A DNA stretch of 35,498 bases from an uncultured Clostridia bacterium (GTDB lineage: Bacteria > Bacillota_I > Bacilli_A > RF39 > UBA660): positions 1 through 35,498 of the forward strand of contig CAMNBS010000003.1 in assembly GCA_946533175.1 (NCBI GenBank), given 5' to 3'. Below are positions 18,626-28,510 of this stretch, piece after piece. Made by a program: the position numbers and the translations under genes. The notes beneath the pieces were generated by a model. It was not told the origin of the DNA. It worked only from the letters and a program-made list of their open reading frames with translations, and ran no database searches. Every line of letters starts with the position of its first letter. Within the stretch, counting starts at the first letter, position 1.

Positions 18626-19427
18626 ATTCATCTTCTCCTTCTTCACTTACCGATGTATCTTGTTGTGGTCTTAATTCATCAACCAACATCATACGAGCAT
18701 CATCAAGGGCAAGATTATAGAATAATTCTCCTTTAACAGCAATAGAAATTCTACCCGTTTCTTCACTAACTATAATACTTATAGCATCACTTTCCTCAGC
18801 AATACCTAAGGCAGCACGATGACGAGTTCCTAATCTTTTATTAAGACTTATACTATTACTTGTTGGAAATACTGCACCAGCACAACTAATTCTGTTTCCT
18901 TGAATAATAACCGCACCATCATGTAATGGATTATTTGGAAAGAAAATAGAAATTAATAGTTCACTAGATAAATCAGCATACAATGGCTTAGCACGATTAA
19001 TATAATCAAGTAAGCTAACATCTCTTTCAATAACAATTAATGCCCCAATTTTAGATTTACGAAGGTAATCAATAGCATTAATTATTTCATAAACAAGTTT
19101 TTCACGTTCATCGACAGTTAAAGTTTTATGACGTCCAAGTAATTGGCTCCTTCCAAGTTGTTCTAATACTCCACGAATTTCTGGTTGAAAAATTATAATA
19201 ATCGCTAAAGGTCCATACATAATGACATACTCCAGTATTAACCCTAAAGTATTTAATCCTAACCAAGTACTAATAAGTTTTAATACAATAATAACTAAAA
19301 CTCCCTTAAACAACAAAGTCATTTTAACATTATTTTTTATATTCCTTAAAATATAATAAAACATTAACCAAACTAGCAAAACATCTAAAATATTTTTAAG
19401 TATATCTAATATATTATCAACAATCAT
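18609..19427 (-). CDS. cdaA: Membrane diadenylate cyclase CdaA
   Basis: Three TM helices, IFQPEIR, IGALIVIER, PLHDGA, GTRHRAA, VSEETG. Confidence 0.95.
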   Translation of the reverse strand: MIVDNILDILKNILDVLLVWLMFYYILRNIKNNVKMTLLFKGVLVIIVLKLISTWLGLNTLGLILEYVIMYGPLAIIIIFQPEIRGVLEQLGRSQLLGRHKTLTVDEREKLVYEIINAIDYLRKSKIGALIVIERDVSLLDYINRAKPLYADLSSELLISIFFPNNPLHDGAVIIQGNRISCAGAVFPTSNSISLNKRLGTRHRAALGIAEESDAISIIVSEETGRISIAVKGELFYNLALDDARMMLVDELRPQQDTSVSEEGEDEYEEIN

Positions 19428-19457
19428 TACTAACTCCTTTTATTATTTTAGTATATC

Positions 19458-19486
19458 AAAAAAAAGGATAATAGTAAATATCCTTT
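19458..19486 (-). terminator. Terminator of the NlpC/P60 gene
   Basis: AAAGGATA-8-TATCCTTT with an A-run. Confidence 0.6.
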
Positions 19487-21179
19487 AATGCAAATTATTT
19501 TTTTGTTTTTTCTTTTTTAAAATATATATTAATGAAGCAATTATAATAATAAACACTAAAACTATTCCAATAATAATTATTATAATCATTTGATTACTTT
19601 CTTTTCCTATTGATAAAATAGAAGTATTATTAGCACAATCTTTGATATAAATAGTTGTATCTTCATAAGGAATAGTTAAAATATTACTTTTTTGATAATT
19701 AATATTATCTTTTGAATAATAAAGCTCACAATTATCACTAGCATTTATCTTAATATCATAGTCACTTATCCCTTTTTTTATTATTTCATGATTATTAATT
19801 ACTGGTTTAGTATTATCTATATTAGTTATATTAGCAATATTATAATATGAAATATTATCTTTATTCATTAACCAAATATAGTATAATCCATTTTTATCTA
19901 TTTCAAAATGTAAGTTTTCTTTATACTCCAGCCAATTTAATTCATCATCTAATGCTTTACCTATTGCATAATAAGATACATTACTTATATTATCAGGAAT
20001 AATGCTAACATCGACTTTTTGAGCATAATTTGTATCATAATTCACTTTAAATATTGGTAATACTTCCTCTAGAAGATTAATCTGATAAGATACTTTATTT
20101 AATAATTCATCTTCAACAATTAATTCATATTTACCAAAAGCGATATTAATAAAAACATTTTCACTTTGAAAAGTATTAGTTAGTAAATAACGTATTTTAC
20201 TTTCATCAGTTGCAGTAACAGAAATATTATAAGTATTATTACCATTATATTTATATTCTATTTTCTCTATTTTAGGAGGAATATTATCAATATTAGCTAT
20301 TTCATATGAAGTAGTTTCGATATGACCTTTACTATCACGAACTGCTATATTATATATACCATTTTCTTTAACTATATAATTTATGCTATCCTTAATTTTA
20401 TTAACTTTTATCCAATTTAAAGATTTACTATTTAGACTAATGCTATAACTATCTATTTCTTTATCATCCTCTAGTTCAATAATCATTGTATTTTCTTTAT
20501 ATTTTTTTGAATTATCATATTTAATATTTATAGTAGGAATGGCATCATACCCTAAAATCTCTTTTTCCTTTGTATCAGGCCACGTTATAGACATATCAAC
20601 AGGTTTAGTAGCACCTTCTTCTCTTAATCTAACAACCATATATGTTTTGTAATATTGAGAATACCAATCAAAATTATCAACGAATAAACCACTACTTCTT
20701 GCTTGGGCAATCAAACCATCACCAATATATAAGAAAACGTGGGTAACCTCATTTTTATAATAACAAACAACAATATCTCCTTTTTCAAGATTTTTTTTTA
20801 TAAGATTATAATCACCTTTACTAACCTTATACATTGCCTTATTAAAGTGTATTCCCTCAGCATAATTAATATCCACATATGGATTATAAGGCCCTTTCAT
20901 AACTGGAAAACCATATGTATTATATAAAACATAGGAAACAAACGAATCACAATTAAAGACAAAATGACCTCGGTATAATTCTCCTTTAAAAGCAGGAATT
21001 CTTGTCTCACCACTACCATATTTTAAAAGAGGTGTTCCATCACTTGCTCGTCTTGCATTGCCTTTTTCTATCATTTCTTTAGCATATGTTGAAATATTAT
21101 CCTGTTGTTCTTTACTTAATGCATAATAATTTGGGCTTATGAATATTATTGCTAGTAAAAATATCACATATTTTATCAT
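19485..21179 (-). CDS. Secreted, C-terminally anchored NlpC/P60-like hydrolase with Ig-like repeats
   Basis: Signal peptide; FNCDSFVSYV (Cys); KGDIV...THVFLYIGDG (His); repeated NG.Y.I.....NIDN..P.I modules; C-terminal TM plus lysine tail. Confidence 0.72.
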   Translation of the reverse strand: MIKYVIFLLAIIFISPNYYALSKEQQDNISTYAKEMIEKGNARRASDGTPLLKYGSGETRIPAFKGELYRGHFVFNCDSFVSYVLYNTYGFPVMKGPYNPYVDINYAEGIHFNKAMYKVSKGDYNLIKKNLEKGDIVVCYYKNEVTHVFLYIGDGLIAQARSSGLFVDNFDWYSQYYKTYMVVRLREEGATKPVDMSITWPDTKEKEILGYDAIPTINIKYDNSKKYKENTMIIELEDDKEIDSYSISLNSKSLNWIKVNKIKDSINYIVKENGIYNIAVRDSKGHIETTSYEIANIDNIPPKIEKIEYKYNGNNTYNISVTATDESKIRYLLTNTFQSENVFINIAFGKYELIVEDELLNKVSYQINLLEEVLPIFKVNYDTNYAQKVDVSIIPDNISNVSYYAIGKALDDELNWLEYKENLHFEIDKNGLYYIWLMNKDNISYYNIANITNIDNTKPVINNHEIIKKGISDYDIKINASDNCELYYSKDNINYQKSNILTIPYEDTTIYIKDCANNTSILSIGKESNQMIIIIIIGIVLVFIIIIASLIYILKKKKQKNNLH

Positions 21180-21244
21180 ACAATCACCCTATTATAATTA
21201 TAGATTTTTTTTCAATAAAAAACAAGTATAACACTCTAATAAAA

Positions 21245-22060
21245 CTACTTAACCTCATAACAATCACTTGTACTAAAAAAGATATCATGGTCAATTTTTA
21301 TTAAATCATTTTTTATTCGAAGATAGTTGATATTACTAACAACCACTAATAATGTATTACTCTTTTTTTCATTACTATCCAAAATTGTTGCATTAATATG
21401 ATATTTATTAGATAATAAATGAATAATATCATCATTTTTTTTACTTTTAATAAAGATTACCTTATTTCGAGATATCCCTAAAATAATAATATTAGAAATA
21501 TAACTAGAAATATAGAGTAAAATAATAGCATATAAAACCATATTTATACCATAATAATATCCACCCATTAAAACAACCACAGTATTCAAAACAAAGTTTA
21601 CTGTACTAATTGATATTTTAAAATATTTATGCATAATAGGTGGAAAACAAGATAATCCACCAGAAGCATAACCATTTTTATAAGCTAAGCCACTACTTAC
21701 ACCAGATATGATACCTGCAATCAAACATACTAAAAAAATATCATGATATTCCAAAACAATAAGATTAGTGATATTTTCAGTTAATCTTACCGCAACAGGA
21801 TATAAAATACTAGCATAAACAATACTTAAAACAGTTTTTTTATCAAGAAAAAAAACACTTAATAAAAAACAGAAAATATAAATAATAGTTATTAAGTCAC
21901 TCGTTGATAATGGAACAATATTCGCAATAACTAATGATAGTCCTGAAGCACCACCAGCAACTATATTAATGGGCTTTAATAAAAGATTAAAATTAATAGC
22001 AGCTAAAAATTGTGAAATACTAAATTCAATAATACTCCGGATATTAATATGTTTTTTCAC
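21245..22060 (-). CDS. YitT family membrane protein (diverged paralogue)
   Basis: P.NIVAGGASGLS, GYASGG; C-terminal DUF2179-like end ID..IFF...YEV; GTGA overlap with the upstream paralogue. Confidence 0.82.
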   Translation of the reverse strand: MKKHINIRSIIEFSISQFLAAINFNLLLKPINIVAGGASGLSLVIANIVPLSTSDLITIIYIFCFLLSVFFLDKKTVLSIVYASILYPVAVRLTENITNLIVLEYHDIFLVCLIAGIISGVSSGLAYKNGYASGGLSCFPPIMHKYFKISISTVNFVLNTVVVLMGGYYYGINMVLYAIILLYISSYISNIIILGISRNKVIFIKSKKNDDIIHLLSNKYHINATILDSNEKKSNTLLVVVSNINYLRIKNDLIKIDHDIFFSTSDCYEVK

Positions 22061-22881
22061 TTTCCACCACCAACTTCATAACTAGTTGATACTACAAAAA
22101 AAGCTTCTTTATCTAATTCTCTAATTCCATCACGTAATTTATAATAATCTCTAGTCGGAATAACAACAAATAAAATAGATTTTTCTTTATTCGTAAAAGC
22201 TCCTTTTCCTTTTAAAATAGTAACACCATGACCTAAATCATTAATAATGAATTTTTTAATTTCATTAGGATTATTAGTGATAATATAAAACGATTTATTT
22301 CCAGTAAAACCTAAAATAACTTTATCGATTACAGCACTATATGTATATATAGCTATAGCTGAATAAATAAGTGATTCAAAGCCAAAAACAATGGTTCCAA
22401 AAACTACTACAATACTATCCAAGAAAAAAGTTCCAATACCAAAAGAAACATGTAAATATTTATTTAATATTTTAGTAATAATATCAACACCACCAGTAGT
22501 ATATCCTTCTTTATAGACAATTCCTAAGCCAAAACCAAATACTACTCCACCTACTAAAGCTGCTACTAACTTATTATCAATTATAATATTCATATTAACT
22601 AAAATAAGATTAGATAAATAAATAAAAAGTGGAAATAATATAGAACCAATAAAAGATCTTAACATTTCTTCTTTATCAAGAAAAATAAAGCCAATAATAA
22701 ATAGAATTAGTGATAAAATCAATACTACCAATGACTCATTAAAAGAAAATAAATAATTCAATATTTCGGCAATACCTGATACTCCACCAGGTACAATATA
22801 GTATGGTGAAAAAAATATATTAAAAGATATCGCACAAATAAGTGTGCCACAAACAATCATAAAAAATCTTTTTATTCTCAT
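22057..22881 (-). CDS. YitT family membrane protein (YvjA-like)
   Basis: PGGVSG, GYTTGGVDII, GHGVTILKGKGAFT, LDKEAFFVV..YEV.G; follows prfB as yvjA does in Bacillus. Confidence 0.9.
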   Translation of the reverse strand: MRIKRFFMIVCGTLICAISFNIFFSPYYIVPGGVSGIAEILNYLFSFNESLVVLILSLILFIIGFIFLDKEEMLRSFIGSILFPLFIYLSNLILVNMNIIIDNKLVAALVGGVVFGFGLGIVYKEGYTTGGVDIITKILNKYLHVSFGIGTFFLDSIVVVFGTIVFGFESLIYSAIAIYTYSAVIDKVILGFTGNKSFYIITNNPNEIKKFIINDLGHGVTILKGKGAFTNKEKSILFVVIPTRDYYKLRDGIRELDKEAFFVVSTSYEVGGGK

Positions 22882-22883
22882 AA

Positions 22884-23976
22884 TTACCTCTTTAAATATG
22901 CTTCTACAAAACCATCAAATTCCCCATCTAAAACTTTACTAATATTACTTGTTTCATAATTTGTTCGATGATCTTTAACTAAAGAATAAGGATGCATAAC
23001 ATAACTTCTGATTTGACTACCAAATTCTATATTGGAATTTTCTCCTTTTATATTATTCATTTCTTGTTGTTTTTTTTCAAGTTCAAGAAGTTTTAATTTT
23101 CCCTTCAAAACATTCATAGCGCTCTCCCTGTTTTGAATTTGACTTCGTTCATTTTGACAAGTAACTACAATCTTTGTTGGAAGATGTGTTATTCGAACAG
23201 CTGATTCTGTTCTATTTATATGTTGTCCTCCTGCTCCACTACTTCGATATACATCAATTTTTAAATCTTTTTCATCAATCTTTATATCCACTTCTTCATT
23301 AAATAATGGAGTAATATCCACACTAGCGAAAGAAGTATGACGTTTATGATTAGCATCAAAAGGACTTAAACGAACAAGACGATGAACACCTTTTTCACCC
23401 TTTAAATAACCATAAGCATAATTACCATGAATTTTAATCGAAGCACTTTTAAGACCAGCTTCATCACCATCTAAATATGATAATACTTCATATCGGTAGT
23501 TATGTCTTTCTAAATATCGTAAATACATACGAAATAACATATCTGCCCAATCACAAGACTCTGTTCCACCTGCTCCAGCATGAATTTCTAATATACAATC
23601 ATTCTTATCATACGGACCAGATAATAAAAGTAATACTTCTAAATTGTCAATTTTTTGACTTAATTCTTTAGTATTTTCTTCGATATTATGTATTAAATCT
23701 TCATCATTTTCCTCATATAAAAGATTAATCATTTCAAGATTATTATCAATATCTTTTGATGTATTCAAAACACTTGTAACTATTTCTTTTAAAGAGTTCA
23801 TCTCATCAATAATCTCTGTTGATTTTTTTTGATCATTCCAAAAACCATCTTCCAAAGTTATTTGTTCCAATTCCTTAATTTTCTCTTGCTTACTTGGAAT
23901 GTCAAAGTGACCTCCATAGATCTTCAACACGATTTTTATATTGCTCTAAAGCTTTCTTTATTTCTTGTATTTCCAT
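22884..23976 (-). CDS. prfB: Peptide chain release factor 2, translated via a programmed +1 frameshift (363 aa)
   Basis: ORF1 ATG at 23976 reads MEIQEIKKALEQYKNRVEDLWRSL* and ends at CTT TGA C; the +1 frame continues DIPSKQ; SPF and GGQ motifs. Confidence 0.96.
23901..23915 (-). promoter_or_regulatory. prfB +1 frameshift cassette
   Basis: Internal SD GGAGG, 3-nt spacer, CTTTGAC. Confidence 0.95.
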
Positions 23977-24010
23977 AATTTCATCCTCACATAAATTATA
24001 ACTTAATCGT

Positions 24011-24037
24011 AAAAAAAAATCCACACTAATTGTGGAA
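24011..24037 (-). terminator. Terminator of the KilA-N gene, overlapping the prfB promoter -35
   Basis: TCCACA-5-TGTGGA stem plus a T9 tract on the minus strand; TGGATT-17-TATAAT follows (-10 at 23995-24000). Confidence 0.55.
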
Positions 24038-24055
24038 ATCTTTATTTATCCTCAA

Positions 24056-24937
24056 TTATATAGGTAACGATTGCCTGTTATTAACTTTATTTTCTATATA
24101 TTCAAGATTATTAAATGATTTATTATTTTTTAATAGTTCCATTTGCTTTCTAGCAATGTTATTTAATCTAATAAGTCTTTCACTTTGCGTTATTTTCATT
24201 TCAATTAATTCAGCATTGATATTTTCCAGATTGTTTAAAATTACCAAATGAAGTAAATCTGTATAATCTCTAATATTTCCTTTATCTGCAATTTTAGGAT
24301 TACCTTCTCTCCATTCTTTAGCAGTCATACCAAATAAGGCAACATTTAAAACATCGGCTTCTTCTGCATAAACATATTTTTTTTGTTTTTCAGTTAGAGT
24401 TGGAACTATTATACTTTTAATAGCATCAGTATGAACTACATAACTAACTTTTGCTAATACTCTATTAGCATGCCAATCAATTTTCTTCTGATAGGCTTCA
24501 TTTTTCTTTAATCTTTGAAATTCTTGAATTACATATAGTTTAAATTCTGGGCTTAGCCAACTTGCAAACTCAAAAGCAATATCTGAATCAGCAAACGTTC
24601 CACCATCATATCTACCTGATTTTGATATAATTCCAATAGCATTCGTTTCTCTTATCCATTTTTGAGGCGACATTTTAAAAGTATTGCTTCCAGCTTCATT
24701 TTTAAACGTATCGAATTTGCCCCCTTTAAAATTTTCATTATGTATACTTTCCCATAATCCTAAATATGAAATTACTTCTTTGCTTCTCATCCAATCCCTA
24801 ATAGGAAGTCTTGGTTCATCATTATCTGCATATCTTGCTAAATCAGTTAGTGAAATATATTCTTTATTTTCAATTATTAAAACACCAATTTTACGGTCTT
24901 TTACTATAAATTCAGTTTTAATATTGTCTTTATTCAT
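24056..24937 (-). CDS. KilA-N domain DNA-binding protein (mobile-element-associated family)
   Basis: EYISLTDLAR, WMR...ISYLGLWE..HNENF, SPQKWI..TNAIGIISKSGRY.GGTFA..DIAFEFASWLSPEFKLY. Confidence 0.88.
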   Translation of the reverse strand: MNKDNIKTEFIVKDRKIGVLIIENKEYISLTDLARYADNDEPRLPIRDWMRSKEVISYLGLWESIHNENFKGGKFDTFKNEAGSNTFKMSPQKWIRETNAIGIISKSGRYDGGTFADSDIAFEFASWLSPEFKLYVIQEFQRLKKNEAYQKKIDWHANRVLAKVSYVVHTDAIKSIIVPTLTEKQKKYVYAEEADVLNVALFGMTAKEWREGNPKIADKGNIRDYTDLLHLVILNNLENINAELIEMKITQSERLIRLNNIARKQMELLKNNKSFNNLEYIENKVNNRQSLPI

Positions 24938-25055
24938 AACTCACATCCTTTCTATAATTGAATAAAGTTTCTTTAATTATTTATTCTATCATAAAATTGA
25001 TCATTTAAATTAATAATTGTATAATTATCTCTCAAAATCTTCACTTTCTTTCCAC

Positions 25056-25090
25056 AAAAAAAATCAATTCCATTTGTAGAATTGATTTTT
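25056..25090 (-). terminator. Strong hairpin terminator about 225 nt downstream of lysS
   Basis: AAAAATCAATTC-8-GAATTGATTTTT, perfect 12-bp stem. Confidence 0.7.
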
Positions 25091-25314
25091 ATTAATAAAT
25101 TGAACCAAAATTAAACAAGACTATTTAATAGTGGAGATGAGTTACAATAAAAACAAACAAAATATCACTCAATAAATGTCAACTTTGTTTTACCAAAGTT
25201 TAGCTAAACCATTTTTTTAGTTAATTTATCTTGATATATAAAGTATAGTATATTTTTCATATGCTTTCGTATTATTCTGTCATTTTACAATTTACCTTTA
25301 AAATTGACCAATCT

Positions 25315-26787
25315 TTATTTATTATCAATTTGACGCATTAATGGGAATAGAACAACATCACGAATAGATGGTACATCATAGATTAACATTAATAATCGAT
25401 CTATTCCAAAACCAAGACCAGATATTGGTGGCATACCTTGTTCCATTGCTCCCATAAATCCTTCATCAACTTCCATTGTTTCTTCATCACCTTGTTCTTT
25501 AGCTAGTAATTGGTCTTCAAAAGCTTGACGTTGAATTATTGGATTAACAAGTTCAGAATATGCCTTACATAATTCCGTTCCACCAGCAACAACTTGAAAT
25601 ACATCAATAATACGACTATCATTATCATTACGACGGGCAAGTGGTATTAAAACTGCAGGATAATTATAAATAACAGTTGGTTCAACTATACCAGCACGAA
25701 TTGTTCTTTTATAAACGAAATCAATAATTTGACTTAATGAATAATAATCTTCTAAATCTTTATTAGTAAATAATCCCTTTTCAACAATTTTCTTTTTTAA
25801 TTCTTCAGGATTATCAATAGCTAAAAAATCAAATCCTAATATTTCTCTTAATTTTTCAACATAATTAATTCGAGTAAATTCTTTACCAAAATCTAAAGTA
25901 TTACCGCGATAAGTAATCGTTGTTGTTCCAACAAGTTCCATCATTAAACTTCGAATAAAGTTTTGATAAAATTTTAAATTATCTTCAAAATTCCAATATG
26001 AAGCATACCATTCAACTTGAGTGAATTCTTGTAAATGTTCTGTATCCATTCCTTCATTACGGAAACATTTTGCTACTTCATATACACGATGAAATCCTCC
26101 TGAAATACACTGCTTTAAGTATGTTTCAGGTGCAATACGTAAGTTTAAATCCATATCTAGAGCATTATGATGGGTATAAAATGGTCGAGCTGCTGCACCA
26201 CATACTGCTGTTTGCATAATTGGCGTTTCAACTTGTAAAAATTCATTTTCACCTAAATATTTATGAATAAATGAATATAATCTACTTCTACCTAAAAACA
26301 CTTTACGAGATTCTTCATTTGATATTAAATCAACATATCTTTCACGATAACGATCTTCAATATCTGTTAAGCCATGAAACTTTTCAGGAAGTGGCTTTAA
26401 TGCTTTACCTAAAAAAGTAAAATCATCAGCACGAAGAGTCTTTTCACCTGTTTGAGTAGTAAACATTTCCCCCTCTACACCAAGAAAATCTCCAACATCA
26501 ATCATTGATTTAAAAAAACTATATTTTTCTTCACCAACCAAGTCAATTTTAATAGATACCTGTAAACTTCCTTCTAAATCTCGAATACGTAAAAAAGATA
26601 ACTTACCCATTTTACGCATAAAAACGATTCTTCCTGCTACACGAACATCTTTCTCCCCATCTGGTAGATTAATCGCTTCATGTAAACGATGTGTAATTTC
26701 ATATCTTTCAGGATATGGATTACAAATTTTTTTAATTTCCTCTAATTTTTCTCTTCTAACAATTTCTTGTTCTGTTAATTCTCTCAT
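25315..26787 (-). CDS. lysS: Lysyl-tRNA synthetase, class II
   Basis: OB-fold (VAGRI..R.MGKLSF), PLPEKFHGL.D.E.RYRERYVDL, GAAARPF.THHNAL, FRNEG, GIDRL; start set at MRELT. Confidence 0.95.
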   Translation of the reverse strand: MRELTEQEIVRREKLEEIKKICNPYPERYEITHRLHEAINLPDGEKDVRVAGRIVFMRKMGKLSFLRIRDLEGSLQVSIKIDLVGEEKYSFFKSMIDVGDFLGVEGEMFTTQTGEKTLRADDFTFLGKALKPLPEKFHGLTDIEDRYRERYVDLISNEESRKVFLGRSRLYSFIHKYLGENEFLQVETPIMQTAVCGAAARPFYTHHNALDMDLNLRIAPETYLKQCISGGFHRVYEVAKCFRNEGMDTEHLQEFTQVEWYASYWNFEDNLKFYQNFIRSLMMELVGTTTITYRGNTLDFGKEFTRINYVEKLREILGFDFLAIDNPEELKKKIVEKGLFTNKDLEDYYSLSQIIDFVYKRTIRAGIVEPTVIYNYPAVLIPLARRNDNDSRIIDVFQVVAGGTELCKAYSELVNPIIQRQAFEDQLLAKEQGDEETMEVDEGFMGAMEQGMPPISGLGFGIDRLLMLIYDVPSIRDVVLFPLMRQIDNK

Positions 26788-26797
26788 AATTTCCTCA

Positions 26798-27442
26798 CTA
26801 TTTTTCTTCAACAATTTCCCCTTCTATTTGTTCTTCATCTTTTATATTAATAATTTTAGTATTTCCTAATAAATCATGTAAACCCCTTCCATCTTCGCGA
26901 TATAGCATAAAGATAAAAGATAAAAGCATAGTTACCAATAAAAGATTACTTGAAAGACTATCATATTTTATAAAAGCCTCTTTTTCTAATGTACTAATTA
27001 AAATGACGTCTATCGCATTAAATAAAATCATATTAATAATTATACTTCTTAAGAAATAATTAAATATTGTTAATTTCTTATTATTAGCACTTGTAATCTT
27101 TATTTTTACAATATATTTACCTAAGGTTATACCATGGCAGAAATAACACATAATTACATAATAAACAATCGATACACCAAGAGTTATTACAGTTACTGGA
27201 ACACTTTCTTTACTCATACTATAACTAATATCTTTTAATTCATTATTATATTCTTCAGAAGTAATTTCTTCATTTGTTCTTTTTTCTACTAAATCAATCA
27301 TTTTTTGAACTTCAGCTTCATATTTATTATCATTACCTGTAATAATAATAGCTAATATTCCTGATAAAATAACAACAATTAAAAAATCAATGCCATAGGC
27401 AATTACTCGCTTATATAAATATGGTTTTTTCTTATTCATCAT
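26798..27442 (-). CDS. RDD family membrane protein
   Basis: [19 protein letters not shown]. Confidence 0.85.
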   Translation of the reverse strand: MMNKKKPYLYKRVIAYGIDFLIVVILSGILAIIITGNDNKYEAEVQKMIDLVEKRTNEEITSEEYNNELKDISYSMSKESVPVTVITLGVSIVYYVIMCYFCHGITLGKYIVKIKITSANNKKLTIFNYFLRSIIINMILFNAIDVILISTLEKEAFIKYDSLSSNLLLVTMLLSFIFMLYREDGRGLHDLLGNTKIINIKDEEQIEGEIVEEK

Positions 27443-28412
27443 AGTTCTCCTTAAAATCATTTAATAAATTAATTATATCACATACTCTATTCGCTTGATA
27501 GACTTTTTCTTTAATAAGATTACTATTTTTTAAACCTTTTAAATACCAAGCAATATGATTTCTAATTTCCAAACAGACTAATTTTTCAGGTTTAATCTTA
27601 CTTAAATAATCCAAATGTTTTAATGCCATATCTATTTTTTCTTTATACGTACGTTTCCGTGGCAGACCACCATTTTTTAAAAAGATATTAATATCACTCA
27701 CAAGCCAAGGATTACCCAATACACCGCGACCAACCATAATAAGATCACAACCTGTCTCATCAAGCATTCTTTTAGCATCATATACATCTTTAATATCCCC
27801 ATTACCAATCACTGGAATACTAACACTTTCTTTAACCTTCTTAATAAGACTCCAATCAGCTGTTCCACTATAACCTTGACTTCTAGTTCTTGGATGAATA
27901 CAAATAGCTTTAGCACCAGCTTTTTCACATATTTTTGCCACTTCACATGCATTAATACTATTTTTATCCCAACCACTTCTTATCTTAACAGTTACAGGAC
28001 ATTTAACCGCTTCACATACACTTTTAACAATAGAATATATTTTATCTGGATTTTTCAAAAGGGCACTACCAGCTTGAGATTTAACTGCTACTTTTGGAAC
28101 AGGACACCCCATATTAATATCAATAATATCTGGTTTCATTTCTTTTTCAATATATTTTGCAGCTTTAACAAAAGTTTCTTCATCACTACCAAAAATTTGT
28201 TGCGTAATAGGTCTTTCTACTTCTTCCATAAATAACATATCTTTTGTTTTATTATTTCCATAAAAGATTGCCTTATCACTAACCATTTCAGCATATATTA
28301 AAGCAGCTCCTTCTTCTTTAATTATTTTACGAAAAGCACTATTACATATTCCTGCCATAGGAGCTAAAACTACTTTACCATTAATACAAACATTACCAAT
28401 TTTAATACACAT
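27432..28412 (-). CDS. dusB: tRNA-dihydrouridine synthase B
   Basis: [38 protein letters not shown]; start set at MCIKIG. Confidence 0.93.
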   Translation of the reverse strand: MCIKIGNVCINGKVVLAPMAGICNSAFRKIIKEEGAALIYAEMVSDKAIFYGNNKTKDMLFMEEVERPITQQIFGSDEETFVKAAKYIEKEMKPDIIDINMGCPVPKVAVKSQAGSALLKNPDKIYSIVKSVCEAVKCPVTVKIRSGWDKNSINACEVAKICEKAGAKAICIHPRTRSQGYSGTADWSLIKKVKESVSIPVIGNGDIKDVYDAKRMLDETGCDLIMVGRGVLGNPWLVSDINIFLKNGGLPRKRTYKEKIDMALKHLDYLSKIKPEKLVCLEIRNHIAWYLKGLKNSNLIKEKVYQANRVCDIINLLNDFKENYDE

Positions 28413-28482
28413 ATTATCACCCATGTATACGCCCAATAAAGCGTTTTTGAATTAATGACCATATTATACTATAAAAAATAAT

Positions 28483-28510
28483 AAAAAAAAAGAGTTAACT
28501 TAATAACTCT
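28483..28510 (-). terminator. Terminator of the LysM lipoprotein gene
   Basis: AGAGTTA-6-TAACTCT with an A-run. Confidence 0.6.

Noticed and set aside
23902-23976. prfB as a pseudogene or sequencing frameshift
   Set aside because: The break is at the canonical CTT-TGA-C site with an internal SD, so it is programmed
20739-24965. Plus-strand ORFs 20739-20927, 23477-23671, 24030-24251 and 24684-24965
   Set aside because: Antisense to real genes, with shadow-like composition
24018-25056. TCCACA/TGTGGA motifs resembling DnaA boxes flanking the KilA-N gene
   Set aside because: All are mismatched to TTATCCACA, two are explained as a terminator stem, and no dnaA context is present
25170-25182. 13-mer CAATAAATGTCAA, also found at 10322-10334
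   Set aside because: Repeats of this length are expected by chance in 35 kb of very AT-rich DNA, and this copy has no -10 at proper spacing
25204-25260. 18-codon minus-strand ORF or possible ncRNA downstream of lysS
   Set aside because: No clear RBS, GC-rich structure or recognisable RNA family; no tRNA or rRNA here although rrn follows lysS in Bacillus
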